The notes beneath the pieces were generated by a model. It did no database searches and was not told the DNA's origin. It saw only the letters and a list, made by a program, of their open reading frames with translations. DNA of 64,000 bases from Felis catus (lineage: Eukaryota). The stretch covers positions 208,384,001 through 208,448,000 of the forward strand of contig NC_058368.1 of the NCBI RefSeq assembly GCF_018350175.1. The letters run 5' to 3'. Positions 12,408-24,504 of this stretch are shown here, piece by piece (position 1 is the stretch's first letter; each line of letters begins with the position of its first letter). Position numbers and translations under genes: made by a program.

Positions 12408-12608
12408 AGAAGGGAGAAAAGAAAGAAAAGAAAAGAAAAGAGAAGAAAAGAAAAGAAAAGGAAAAGAAAAGAAAAGAAAAGAAAAGAAAAGAAAAGAAAA
12501 GAAAAGAAAAGAAAAGAAAAGAAAAGAAAAGAAAAGAAAAGAAAAGAGGGGAGGGGATAGGGAGGGGAGGGGAGGAGAGGAGAGGAGAGGAGAGGAGAAA
12601 AAAGAAAA
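12408..12608. repeat. Compound polypurine microsatellite (GAAAA)n-(GGAGG)n-(GGAGA)n
   Basis: Directly visible. It explains the K/E/R-rich and F/S/L-rich ORFs in the track. Confidence 0.97.
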
Positions 12609-12879
12609 CATCAGTGAAAGATGTACCATCAGTAAAGGTTCTTAGAGCCCAAACTCCACAGGGCAGCATCGAAAGGAATAACATATCCAACTGACAGTTG
12701 AATGCAAAAACAAAACTGTGGTATTTGAAATTCATTGCCAAGAGATTAGGTATTTTAAGTATTCTGGGAATATCTGTATTTGTGGATAAGTAAAAGATGA
12801 TAGTAGTCTTTGTTTGGGACAATAAGATCCCTAGTCTTTATTAATTTAAACTATACCATTATTTTCTTTATTTTTCTAA

Positions 12880-13865
12880 ACTCTTTATTTAATTTAAACT
12901 TAGAGAAAATTTACAAAAATAGTGGAGAGTTCCTGTATACCCTTCGCCAAGTTTCTCCTGATGTTAACATTTTCCCTAGCACAAGGAAATCACCATTGTC
13001 CTAATACTATTAAGTAAACTATAACTCTTATTCATATTTTGAAACTTTTCCCACTAAGTCCTTTCTGTGTTTCAGGATCCAATCAAGGATCCCTTATGGC
13101 ATTAAGTTATCATGTTTCCTTAATCTACTCCAATCTGCAACAATTCCTAAATCTTTCCTTTTCTTTCATGACTTTGACCCTTTTGAAGAGTACAGGTCAG
13201 TTGTCTTGTAGACTATCGCCTCCGTTTGGCTTTCCGATTTTTTTTCATGGTTAGATTGAGGGTATACCTTCTGGGCAAGAATGTCACAGAGGGATGCCCT
13301 CTCAGTGCATCCTATAAAGGAGTACGGAACGAATGTGTCTTATTATTGGTGGCTGATGCTAACCTTGGTCACTTGGATGAGGTAGTGTCTACCCATTTTT
13401 TCCACTGTGAAATTACTATTTTTCTCTTTGTAATTAATAAATTTCTCTGGGATGGGGAGATACTTTGTTACTATGAATTATCCTTATTCTCTTCAAACTT
13501 TACCCACTAATTGGTGGATCTTGCCAGCATTAGTTATTACTGCAGCATTTGACTAAGTGATTTTCTATTTCTCTCCTTCCTTCAACATTGATTATTTAAA
13601 AAAAATTTTTTTTAATGTTTATTTATCTTTGAGAGAGAGAGAGAGAGCACGAGCAGGGGAGGGGCAGAGAGAGAGGGAGACATAATCCGAAGCAGGCTCC
13701 AGCTCTGAGCTGTCAGCACAGAGCCCGACGTGGGGCTCGAACTCACAAACCGTGAGGTCATGACCTGAGCTGAAGTCAGACGCCCAACCGACTAAGCCAC
13801 CCAGGCGCCCCAATTTCCTTCAACATTTATTAATGAATGGGAAGTCTTCTGTAAAGAAGCCATTC
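12880..13865 (-). mobile_element. L1MC-like 3' end (antisense), interrupted by a SINE
   Basis: caaaaatagt..agagttcctgtataccctt, ttcatgactttgacccttttgaagagtacaggtcagtt, gttagattgagg, ctccactgtgaa-like motifs. Confidence 0.75.
13594..13811 (-). mobile_element. CanSINE (SINEC_Fc-type)
   Basis: TSD ttccttcaacatt at 13577-13589 and 13815-13827. Confidence 0.95.
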
Positions 13866-14660
13866 CCTTCAAGTAAGGCAGTTGTGCGCACTGAGTCTAG
13901 ATGAATAGACGTCAGAGTTAAACTGCCCTCTTTCGGAATGCAAACTTTTCAACTTAGTAGGGCAAGTATTCAGCAAGTGGACTCTATCATTATCATCATC
14001 AAATTATCATTTGCCTCCTATAGAACAATTCCTTAGTTTGGTTTAGAATTGTTAAAACAGTACAAATCACGAGGTGTTCCTTCTATCTTTCTGCCTGGGC
14101 TTCTTCCATAAAGGGACTGCGTGGAGACCACCCTGCTTGTATCCTGACCCTATCAAGACCCCACGGGTACTACGTTCTTGCCCACACATCGTGTCTAAAG
14201 CACTACATGGCCAGGAGTTTTGGGCGTAACCAGAAGTAGATTTGTTAACTCACCAAAGTGTCTGAACAGTTATTCTTGGGCTTGCTTCTGGTTGCATTTT
14301 GCAGTTTAAATAGTAGCACTAACCCTATATATAAAACAAGCAATCCTCTACATTTCAGAATTGCTACTTGTGCTGCCTACACTGTGAGACTTGCCTTTGC
14401 AATGTAGACAGTGTAGAGCTATGGTCTTTCAATCCACTGCCAATTGAAGCAGGAGGTTTCCTTAGCAATAGAAAACATTTTGCTTTCCTTGAGCAGTCTT
14501 TCCTACTAGAAATGTGTAAAGTAGCCTTTAGTAGTTGTCTGATAATCAGCACCATAATCTTATTTATTGTCTGGGAAGCGGGGAAGGCATAGCAAACTGC
14601 AAAGTTCAAATCAGTATACCCCTCTCAGTCGCAGCCCAAAGTTTTACAAAAATCAGTCAA

Positions 14661-14884
14661 GGGGCACCTGGGTGTCTCAGTCGGTTAAGCGTCCAACTTC
14701 AGCTCAGGTCATGATCTCACAGTTCCTGAGTTCTAGCCCCACATTGGTCTGTGCTGACAGCTCAGAGCCTGGAGCCTCCTTGGGATTCTGTGTTTTCCTC
14801 TCTCTCTGCCCCTCCCCCACTCACACTCTGTCTTTCTCTCTCTCTCAAAAATAAATAAAAACATTAAAAAAATAAAATTTTTTT
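14661..14884 (+). mobile_element. CanSINE (SINEC_Fc-type)
   Basis: Full SINE. TSD aaat(c/g)agtcaa. Confidence 0.95.
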
Positions 14885-15647
14885 AAATGAGTCAAATTTC
14901 TATTTGCAATTGTATTATTTTTTAACTTTTTCTGGTTGATGAAATATTGGGGCTCTTCTAACATACACCCAGAAGGAGAAAAGGAACGTCCTGTTTGGTC
15001 ATCCCACGTTAGACTGCTTGTCCTTCTATGTCTTATTCACCAGCCACATACTTCTGCAATTTTTCATATATATTATGTTAAAACACCCATATACTCAAAG
15101 ATCAAACCGTAGGTCTCTCTGTGTCTTGATTACTAACGCAAAAATCCTTTCCCTTCCAAGTAAAAACTGATAAAAAGTGAAAAAAAGCCCAAGTCACTAC
15201 AACACTCCATGAACTTTGCTCTGTGGTCAGCTCTCCAAACACTGGTTAGTGGCTGATGGAATCTAGTTGTGGTTCTCAGTCATGACATGCTGCCATCGGT
15301 GTGAGCTTTATCACAAGCCATCAATTACGAATTGTACCTAAAGTACCAAAGTTTAAGAATGATTTGCTTTTGAAAAATTAGTCAAGGGAGGTAAACTTTC
15401 CTGAAAGGGAGGGGAAAGTAGAACTATAGCTAGAACCAAATCAAACTTGTAGAACCTAGAGTCTTTGTTATCTTTTTTTAACAGTGGAAATGACTCTGTA
15501 TGGGAGTATCGTCCTGTGAGCATCATTTTTATGTGACACTCCGGGATGGCCATTATGGAGGGACATTGGACCTTCTCTGTTTATACTGTAGACTGGCACC
15601 ACACACGTCTGTGTATTTCACTTACAGGAACTCAATGTATGCACTTG

Positions 15648-16530
15648 ACAAATGGCTCCCTAAATGAGAGTCACATGTGTAGACATCAAAGCATATATAT
15701 ACTATACTTAATGAATAATAGTAACAATAAAGACTCAAAGACTTGCACTTGATTAGATTACTGACCAAAAATATTTAACCTCCCTACCCCAACATAGAAG
15801 GACTATACTTCCCAGCGCCTTTCACATTGGGCTTGGCTATATGATCTACTCTGGCTTCATGGTACGTAAGATATGTATACTTCCCTATTGTTTGTCTTTA
15901 AGCTTAGCGATAGTATTTGCTTTGACCAATGAGACGTTAGCAGACACGAAGCGATAAGAGGCTTCAAATGTTCTTGTGCACTTGGGTGTGCCTCTTGTGC
16001 CCTGTCATGGCCGTGACAGTCCCTGCATCCTGCAACAGACACCTAAGGAGCAGACGTGAACCTAACCTGTAACAAGGAATCAATCCCAGAGGAACCTGCA
16101 CCTTGAAACAGTACTGCCCGGCTGGGTCCAGCCGAGATCGGTCTGTCCCCAGCCAACCTGCAGAGACGTGCATGAAAATAAATGATAGCTCTTCTAAGTC
16201 ATTGAGTTTTGGAGTGCTTTGCTATCCAGTAATCGCTGGCAGAGTAATAAAGAAAAAAGGGGGAAAAAAGAAACATCAATATAAAGGGTGCTCAATGAAT
16301 GAGCACCAGGAGCGAGTGTGAGATGAGAGTCTTAAATCTATTTTTCCTTAATAGCTCTCAATTCCCACATGCATCTCCCAGTGTGAGTATCAACCCCATG
16401 GAGTGTGATTTCAGAGTTTAAAGAGAAATGCTTTTCCTACAAATGGCTCCCTAAATGAGAGTCACATGTGTAGACATCAAAGCACACACACTATACTTAA
16501 TGAATAATAATAACAATAAAAACTCAAAGA
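15648..16530 (+). repeat. Dispersed direct repeat: copy 1 at 15648-15741, copy 2 at 16439-16530
   Basis: First 46 nt identical. The copies then differ only in a short TA/CA tract and two G/A substitutions. Confidence 0.95.
15755..16250 (+). mobile_element. MLT1-type MaLR solo LTR
   Basis: ttgctttgaccaatgaga...ttagcaga and terminal aaataaatg...taagtcattgagttttggagtg.tttgctat..ag are MLT1 hallmarks. Confidence 0.75.
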
Positions 16531-16859
16531 ATAATGCCGACTCCTTGTGCAATTTTGACATCATGCACTGACCTTAGGAAATAACCCCACAAAACATACA
16601 GCTCCATTGTTCATACCTTGAAGAACCACATATGAAGACATTTTGCAGGCCTGGTATAGGGCAACTGCTAAGGAAAAAAATCTGTTTTCTGTGTGGTTAA
16701 CTGTTTACAATTAAAGTATTTCAGGCATGGAAGAAGACATTAAAGGAGAAATTCTTGGCAGCCAAGTCTCCATACAAAGCCAGTACAATTATAGCACTGT
16801 TAAAAAAAAAAAAAGAACTTAAAATTATATAATGCATATGATGGAACTTAATTCTTACT

Positions 16860-17028
16860 GTAATTCTGTGGGCAAAAAGTACTGCTATCCTTATTTGACT
16901 TATTTTGCAAACAGGGAAATAGATGTTCAGAGAGGTTAAAGGTCTTATGGAAAGTCACACAGCTGAGACTGGTAAAAGGGCCAGGACTCAAACCCAGGTC
17001 TTCTGATTCAAATCCCATGTTCTTCCTA
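16860..17028 (-). mobile_element. MIR
   Basis: tcagagaggttaaa...gtcacacagct...gggccaggactcaaacccaggtcttctgattcaaatccc. Confidence 0.75.
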
Positions 17029-17560
17029 TAACAGGGAGGAACTTAGCACGTCTGACTCCATATTGCTTCTCTCTCCCTTACTGCAGTGATCTATAGCTTA
17101 AAAACTTCTGCTTCGCCCTACATGTAAGCATGTTAATTGTTGAAGGAATTTTGCTTACAGCTGAGATTTGCAAAAAAACCCTGCTTTTACCCACCACCTA
17201 CCTCACTCAAGAAGATAAGGAAGTATGTACAGAAATGACTGTGCCATGTTTAAGATTTACAGGAAGGACACAACCAGATTCCTGCAGGCAAAGATCAACT
17301 CTACAAGGACAAAGACATTTCTCAGATGTCTACAAACGTCAGTCACCTTTTGACTCCGACTCCCTCCCACTTCCCCCCCTTCCTAACATGGGAGAAGCTC
17401 AAATCTTATGCTGAGAGAGATGGTTCTTTGGGACAATAGTCCACCATCCCCTCCGTTTGCTGGCTTTCCAAACAGAGTCACTGTGCTCACCCCCCAATCT
17501 TGCCTCTGAACTTACTGGCCTGTCGCATGGCAAGCAGAACGAGCTTGCATTCCCACCGCG
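17029..17560 (+). mobile_element. Probable ERV1-class solo LTR (carnivore-type)
   Basis: Starts taacagggagg...ctgactccatatt. Ends with gatggttctttgggaca.tagtcca ccatc...gctggctttcc...ttactggcctgtcgcatggcaagcagaacgagctt, resembling recalled ERV1 LTR U5 ends. TSD not resolved. Confidence 0.6.
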
Positions 17561-18468
17561 CAGCATAGGAGGACAGCTGCCTACAGCCCAGATTAGAAAG
17601 CTCAGGGTCTTCCCAGTCTGAAACACTAGACACATTAAAAGGTTAAAAACAAAAAGCCTTATGAGATTGGAAGTCCGCAGTCAACAGCAGTTCACACTCT
17701 TCTGAGTGGAAATGAAAAACACATGGAGTCAGACGCTTAAAGACAGAAGGAAAAGCTGCAACCGAAAAACGACAAAAACAGGAAAGATTTCCAATGGAGC
17801 TGCCTCTTCACAAGGACGCTCTCTGTCATATGTTCCATAGTGAGAGGAATAGACAAGAGAGCAGGAATTGATTTTTTTTTAATAATTGTTAATGGTTCTC
17901 CACCGAAATACCAACTAAATCACCAAATACAATAATTATAAATGTTTACATGACTCTCTAGAGCATTATGTCCTTGCCGTCTACAACTGGCATAAAATTT
18001 CATTCTTCCAGAAAGTTCTCCTTGATTAAGCACCGCTCACCCTCCCGGTCCTGACAACCTGCTAACACGGGTATATACGAAACTCTCATAATATCAACAT
18101 GTACCTTTGCAAAACGTAGTTAAGCTGCCTACACACGTACACCTGTGTACTACCCTCTTGGTACATCTGGGATCTCTGTGTGATTTCGACCAAGGGATCA
18201 TTATTAACTCATTGACTGTGGGTACTTGGATAATGTAGAACAGTAAATGGGGGGACACGAGTGAGGTATAAGTGGGACAGATATCAGAATCTGGGGTATA
18301 AAGGCAAACTTGCAGTTGGCTTGTATTTGCAAGTACTCACAACGGAGCTGCTGATTTTTTTCAACGTTTTCCTTGTAGACTTTCTACCTAAGCAGTGGAG
18401 ACAAACACATGAAACACAGCAAAGCCATCCTTAAACTCTTACTCAGCCATATGAGAATAAAAAGGCAT

Positions 18469-18697
18469 GGGGCACATGGGCGGCTCAGTCAGTTAAGCAT
18501 CCGACTTCAGCTCAGGTCATGATCTCAGGGTTCGTGAGTTCCAGCCCCATGTCAGGCTCTGTGCTAACAGCTCAAAGCCTGGACCCTGTTTTGGATTCTG
18601 TGTCTCCTTCTCTCTCTGACCCTCCCCTGCTCACACTCTGTCACTCTCTCTCAGAAATAAACAAACATTAAAAAAAAAAATAAATCATTGAAAAAAA
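18469..18697 (+). mobile_element. CanSINE (SINEC_Fc-type)
   Basis: Full SINE. Degenerate TSD agaataaa(aa/gg)ggca. Confidence 0.93.
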
Positions 18698-19360
18698 AGA
18701 ATAAAGGGGCAGTTAATGAAATCGAAAGGCAACTTATTTAAAACACATAAAAGAAAATGAATTTTTTTTTGGTCCACTACATAATTAATTTTAGAATTTG
18801 CTGTACAAGAACTGTTAAGGCAAATTATTCGATACAGTTTTTTTAAAAAAAAGGATTTGATTGAGAATGCAATCTGTTTTTGCATTCACGGGGGGAAGAA
18901 AAGATAAGGGTCATCTATCTTTGTTAAAATGAATCACCATCTGTGGCCAGAAGTTCCTCTCTGGCAAAGCATCTTGAAACGGAACGGCAATATTAATAAG
19001 GAGGGGTTGGGATTACCACGTTCCAAAACCTCCTGGGTGCACAACCTAGGAAAGTGACACTGTGGATGAGGCCAGGATCATCTACTCTGCTATTTCCTTT
19101 CATGAGCCCTGCTGTACAGTGGAAATCTGAAAGCCATGCTTCAGCACCACAAGAATGCCTCTCTGAAAGTGAGGGCCAGGTGGAATCCCCTTCTGCAGGT
19201 TACAGCCGTTTTCCTAACCCATCGAAAGGGCAACTCTGAATATTAGGTGAAAGCACTTCCAGAATCATCTCCCTTTACGCAGTTCTGAACCAAAGAAAGC
19301 CAAAGGTTTTTGTCACCTCCTAATCATTAGCAATCCTTAGCATATTGTGGAGTGTCACCT

Positions 19361-19387
19361 TTTTCAAACAATGTTTACTTATGTATT

Positions 19388-19418
<31 letters not shown>

Positions 19419-19590
19419 AGAGAGAGAGAGAATGCACGTGAGCGGGGAGAGAGGGCAAGAGAGTCCCAAGCAGACTCCTAGCCGCCAGCATGGAGCCCGA
19501 TGTGGGGCTCGAACCCATGAACCATGAGATTAACACCTGAGTCAAATTCAAGAGTCAGACACTTAACCAAATGAGCCACCCAGGCATCCC
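19361..19590 (-). mobile_element. CanSINE with expanded (GA)n
   Basis: TSD gtggagtgtcac on both sides. Confidence 0.93.
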
Positions 19591-19678
19591 TGGTGTGGAG
19601 TGTCACTTTAAGGTGAATTACATTCTCCTCTCATGTCACCTGAATCAGGCAAACCATCTTCAATGCAATCCTATTTCT

Positions 19679-19892
19679 TAATTTTTTTTTTTAACGTTTA
19701 TTTATTTTCGAGACAGAGAGAGACAGAGCATGAACGGGGGAGGGTCAGAGAGAGAGGGAGACACAGAATCCGAAACAGGCCCCAGACTCTGAGCTGTCAG
19801 CACAGAGCCCGACGCGGGGCCCGAACTCAGACCGTGAGATCATGACCTGAGCCGAAGTCGGACGCTTAACCAACCAAGCCACCCAGGCGCCC
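19679..19892 (-). mobile_element. CanSINE (young SINEC_Fc-type)
   Basis: TSD caatgcaatcctatttct at 19661-19678 and 19893-19910. Confidence 0.95.
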
Positions 19893-20239
19893 CAATGCAA
19901 TCCTATTTCTAATGGGAATAATGACAGATACACATTGCTCAGACATGATACATGGAGGGGAGCCTGCCACAAACTGCTGGAAACTGTCCTGCCCTCAGTC
20001 GTCAGCTCCTGCCCTTACTCAGGAGTGGCAATTGTAAGTACAACACAGAGGCCAGAAGTCATGTGAGTAGAGAAGCTGACGGTGGCACAGTTAGCCTAAA
20101 AACAGAAACCTCCCAACATCCAGACTTCAACATGACCTTCAGGAAAGTCAGTCAACATGGACTGAAAGCGAAGTAAATGTGCATATGGATGTGTGTATGC
20201 ATGTATACAGTCATATTTATCTGTCTGACTCCACTAAGC

Positions 20240-20600
20240 ATTTGAAGTGACTGAATAAAACATGGTCCAGGCTCACAAGGAGCCTGGTCTAATCCAGAGA
20301 AAAACCTATAAATGCATCCCTGCCATGTAAGACAGTACAGAGTAAGTGCTGCTGGTGCATTACTGGACTGCTTCAGCATTAAGAGGTGAAAGGCTGCATT
20401 TCTGACGATCAAAGAAGGCTTCATGGAGAAGGCAGTGTTTGAGCTGAGCAGAGATCACGGACAGAATTTAAATAGGAGGCAAAGAGCAAAGAGCGCTCCC
20501 AGTGGAAGGAATGGCACAAACAAAGAGATGGAGAAGAAAAAGGACAAGATGGTTTGAAGAGTGATCAGTGACCATTTGGGCTAAAGCACGGATCCGTCTC
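20240..20600 (-). mobile_element. L2 fragment
   Basis: gaaggcttcatggagaaggcagtgtttgagctg...gaaggaatggcacaaacaaag antisense L2 motifs. Confidence 0.6.
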
Positions 20601-20710
20601 CTGTGTTAGTAAGTAGTGAGAGGTCAGCGTGAACAGTGGGATTTGGAACAAGCGCGTTTGGGTTTAAATCTTATTCACTGTATTCCTTGGGCAAGTAACT
20701 TCACCTCTCC

Positions 20711-21125
20711 ATAGCAGAAGCTGCCAATGCCTGTATTCCCCGGGATTACCAAGATGGCTCTAGAAAACAGCTTGCTCATCTCTGCCAAAGGGTATGTTCT
20801 GGCTGATAGCATGTGCTTGGCTTACGGACAGAGCAGGCCATAAGTTCTAGAGAGTTAACATCTCAAGAGCAACCTCCAGCAAATGACATACAGGAGGAAA
20901 ACTAGCCCAGTTCCTTGGCCCATAAGGGAGAGCTGAGCTCTGTTCCCCAGTCTCTCAGAGGGTCTGCAGCTGGACTGAAAGCCCTCGCAGTCCTCAGTGG
21001 TAACTCACTCACTATCACATTCTTGACACTCCTTTCTTGCTGTTACCACAACCCCCTCCCTCACCGGGCTTCCTGGTATCTGAGTCCTCGCCACATTGTC
21101 TGAATTTGGAGAAAACTAAACTGGG
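20711..21125. mobile_element. ERVL-type LTR (LTR16-like) splitting a MIR (MIR halves about 20615-20710 and 21130-21260)
   Basis: gcagaagctgcca...gagagttaacatc...cctcagtggtaactcactc resembles the LTR16 group. The MIR core is broken between ...taacttcacctctc and cctcagtttcctt... Confidence 0.55.
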
Positions 21126-23589
21126 ATATTCTTTAATCCTCAGTTTCCTTATGTGCAATATGGGATAATAACAGCAGCCTTGAAGAGAGTTATGAGAAAC
21201 AGACAAGATAATAGATTATCTTACTGACGTCATAAGTGCTTCATAACTGTTGGTTATTCAATAAATATTAGAGATTGAATATTCAATCTTCAATATTCAA
21301 TATTAGATTGAATTGTAGATCATCTGATAGAGATAGGCAGTGGGAACCACTGAAATGTTTTACTTAAAGAAGTGCTTTGACGGTATTACCAATGGCCTTC
21401 CTTGGAGGACCCTGGCCTTTATTGGAGGACCCGCTCTTCAGTGTAGGATTCTGGCCTTCACTGTAGGATAGAATAGGGAAGCCTTCGAATGCTCCTCACT
21501 ATCTCTCTCTCCACTTGTTAAAAGCACATGAGAGGGTCACACATTTCTGCCATGTGACTACCTGTGGCCAGTGACTGTGAGTGAAAGTTAGCACGTCATA
21601 CTGAACATCTGTCAGTATAAGATCACCCAGTACCCTCTTCCTGCAATCTATGATGACCATGTAACATAACCTCCAAGTACATTTTGTTTTAAACCACTGG
21701 GATTTTCTGTTTGTTTGTTACTGCAGCATAACCTAACCTAGTCTGGTTAATACAACTGAGAAGGAAGCAGAAAGACTTTGGCAAGTCAATTCAAAGGCCA
21801 CTGCAGGCCTCAAGTAAAAAGGATCTGAAATAAGACCTAAAAACTGGAATGTGAGGGAGGGAAATGAAAGAGTTATTCCCAAGAAAGAAGAATCAGCAAG
21901 TAGGGGAGGAGAGAAAAGGAATTAGAGATAACTCCAGAGAGGCAAGCTTGGAACACTGGAAGGAACACGGCGCCAGAGAAGAAAAAGGCAATCTAGAAAA
22001 GTGGTTTGGTATGAGACATGAGTTTAAAGGGGTTCTACTTCCTATCGTAAAAAGAAAGTTTCCTATCCCCTCTAGCCACAGAGGACTCCTGGAATTGAGG
22101 GTTAATAATGAGGCAAACCACGCAGGGTTTCCCTATAACATTGTTCCTCATAACAATACATGGTGATCACAGATCCAATCATAGGACATAACAGTGGGGT
22201 GGCTCATACCTGGAAGCCCTGCCTTCTAACCCAGTGCTCTTCCTACCTCTTCAAAATTGCCCCAGTATTGAAGAAATAGCACACATCTGGTCTACACAAC
22301 CAGATGAGGGATTGCTCAACAATGCAGTCAATTTAATATTGTCTAGACAACTAAATTATGTAACTTTTTAGGAAAATAAAGCAAATACTTGTCACTTTTT
22401 TCCTTCTTATAGTCAGAGACTATTTTAGTACAAGAAAAATTAGCACTCAGGTTGTCCTCAGCTCCACTATGTAATTAAAGAACACCACTTCTCCCCAAGA
22501 ATGCACAGAAGCCCTATATTTTCTCAACCTATGGGCCAAAGTCTCAATAACTCAAGACCCCACTCTCAAACCTTAAATGTGGACTACTCAATCAGACTCT
22601 TTGATATTACAACATTTTATAAAATTATTTAGGTTTTTTTGGTTTTGTTTTTGCTTTTTTAAGTACAACTGTGAGATGAAAGCTTTCTACTTGGCCAGAA
22701 GATGACAATAATAATATGAATAATAGATAATATCAAAATGGAGGTCCTTTCGTTCCCACCAATATGTTTTTCCCATTTTCCAGTTTTAAAAATGACCATC
22801 TTTCTTTCACAATAGTTACAGCTATTTTACTAATTATATAGAAAGTGCTAGAAGATGTCAAGAAAATTGGGTAATACGATAAAACAGCCTTATCAAATAC
22901 ATTAGCCCTTTTATCTTTAACAGGTTTTTTTTAACTACAGACCTGTGCACTGAATTTTCATTTATGTATGTAAAAATACATTAATAAAGATCTATATTAA
23001 GAAGTTATACTGGAAAAGTAGTTCATAATGTACCTTTCAGCTTTATAATTAGTTCTGTAATCTGTAATCAGATGATTTAAATCTCACAGAGTTAAATTAT
23101 AAACTAACTAATTTCTATTCCAACAGGAATCATTATATCTTTGGAATTTTGCAAAGCGTTAATGAGTTTTAGAGAAATTATTATATTTCTTATTCACTTC
23201 ATTCCCAGCAGTTAGCACAATACCTGACATATGGTAGTTACTAAATAAACAATTGCTGAATGAATAAATTAATATGTAATCATAAGTATGTGATTACCAA
23301 AAGCACATTATTTATTTGTCATTGTCCCCATCCAGGGCATGAAAGATATTCACTTCCATGTCTCAACTCAGAGTACTGATCCATTGTCTTCTGTTTGGTT
23401 GGGTGTCCATCCTGACTAGAAGGTTCCTTTGCCTTGTGGGTTATTAAATGGAAATGTGCTTGCCTCTGGACAGTGTGTGATAAAGTGCGGTGACTGCCAA
23501 TCTGAACCGGAAGATATAGGATCTGATTGTTCACATGTATAAAGGAAATCTTCATTAAACCTACAGCAAACCGGGCTCAGTGCTAGGCG

Positions 23590-23760
23590 CATCTAGGTAT
23601 CATAGGACTTAACTTCTAAAACTCCAAAAGATAAAGGATTTAGCCCCATTTTACACATGAAAAAAACTGAGGCTCACAAAGATTAAGGAACTAGACCAAA
23701 GTCACAGATCTAGTAGGAAGGATTGTAAAATCACTCTGACTCTAAAATCTACCACCAGTA
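23590..23760 (-). mobile_element. MIR
   Basis: ccccattttacacatga...aactgaggctca...aagtcacag core. Confidence 0.65.
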
Positions 23761-24504
23761 ACACACTAATGATATGGCAAGAGTTTTTCAAACTACAGCT
23801 CTCTGTAAGGATGAGCTATCATCATCATCAACTGTCAGTCTCCTATATCTCCATCAATGCCCTCAGAGACACCTCCTATCTGAAGGTGACAAGTACCACT
23901 CAACACATCAGTGGAGCCATTGCTTTGCCAGACCATCCTGGTAGGCTCCGAGCAGGCCTGCTGCATTCAGTTCCTTCTTGGTCTGTTTAGGTCGGACGTG
24001 ACTGTCTGAGCATGCTCACCCACTGGTCATCACTTTGTAGGTGCACAGTCACTGTTCAGGAGTGATGTCTGCTCACTTTTTGTAATCTGTGTAAAGTGTA
24101 GCAAGATGGCGCTGGTGGCACGGTACTCCATATTCAGATACTCAATCCAGTGACACAGCTTTCTAATGGCAATTTTATATCCATAAAAGCTGGAATTTCA
24201 GGGCACGTGGCTGAGGATTAAAGAGGCTTCTCACGCCCTGTCAAGAAAGACCTCACTCTGGGCTGGAAGTCCACCATGGCCACCAAGTCAAGCGTGTCTC
24301 CCTTGAGGAATTAGGCAATCTGGAAAGCTGTACTCACCTAACACGCCCCAGGCTGATGCCTCGTGATACATTTTGCTGAGAGCCTATCATTTGTACTTAT
24401 GAGAGTGAACTTTAAAATGTAAAAGATTTGAGCATCAGAGTGGCCATTTGGGTCAAATCTCCAACCTCTTTTCTGCAAGGCAACTTCACCCCTGAGGGGG
24501 CAGA

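Noticed and set aside
12305..12822. K/E/R-rich and F/S/L-rich ORFs of 89-151 aa
   Set aside because: They are translations of the (GAAAA)n microsatellite.
19140..19160. REST/RE1-like motif ttcagcaccac
   Set aside because: Only the left half matches. The GGACAG right half is absent.
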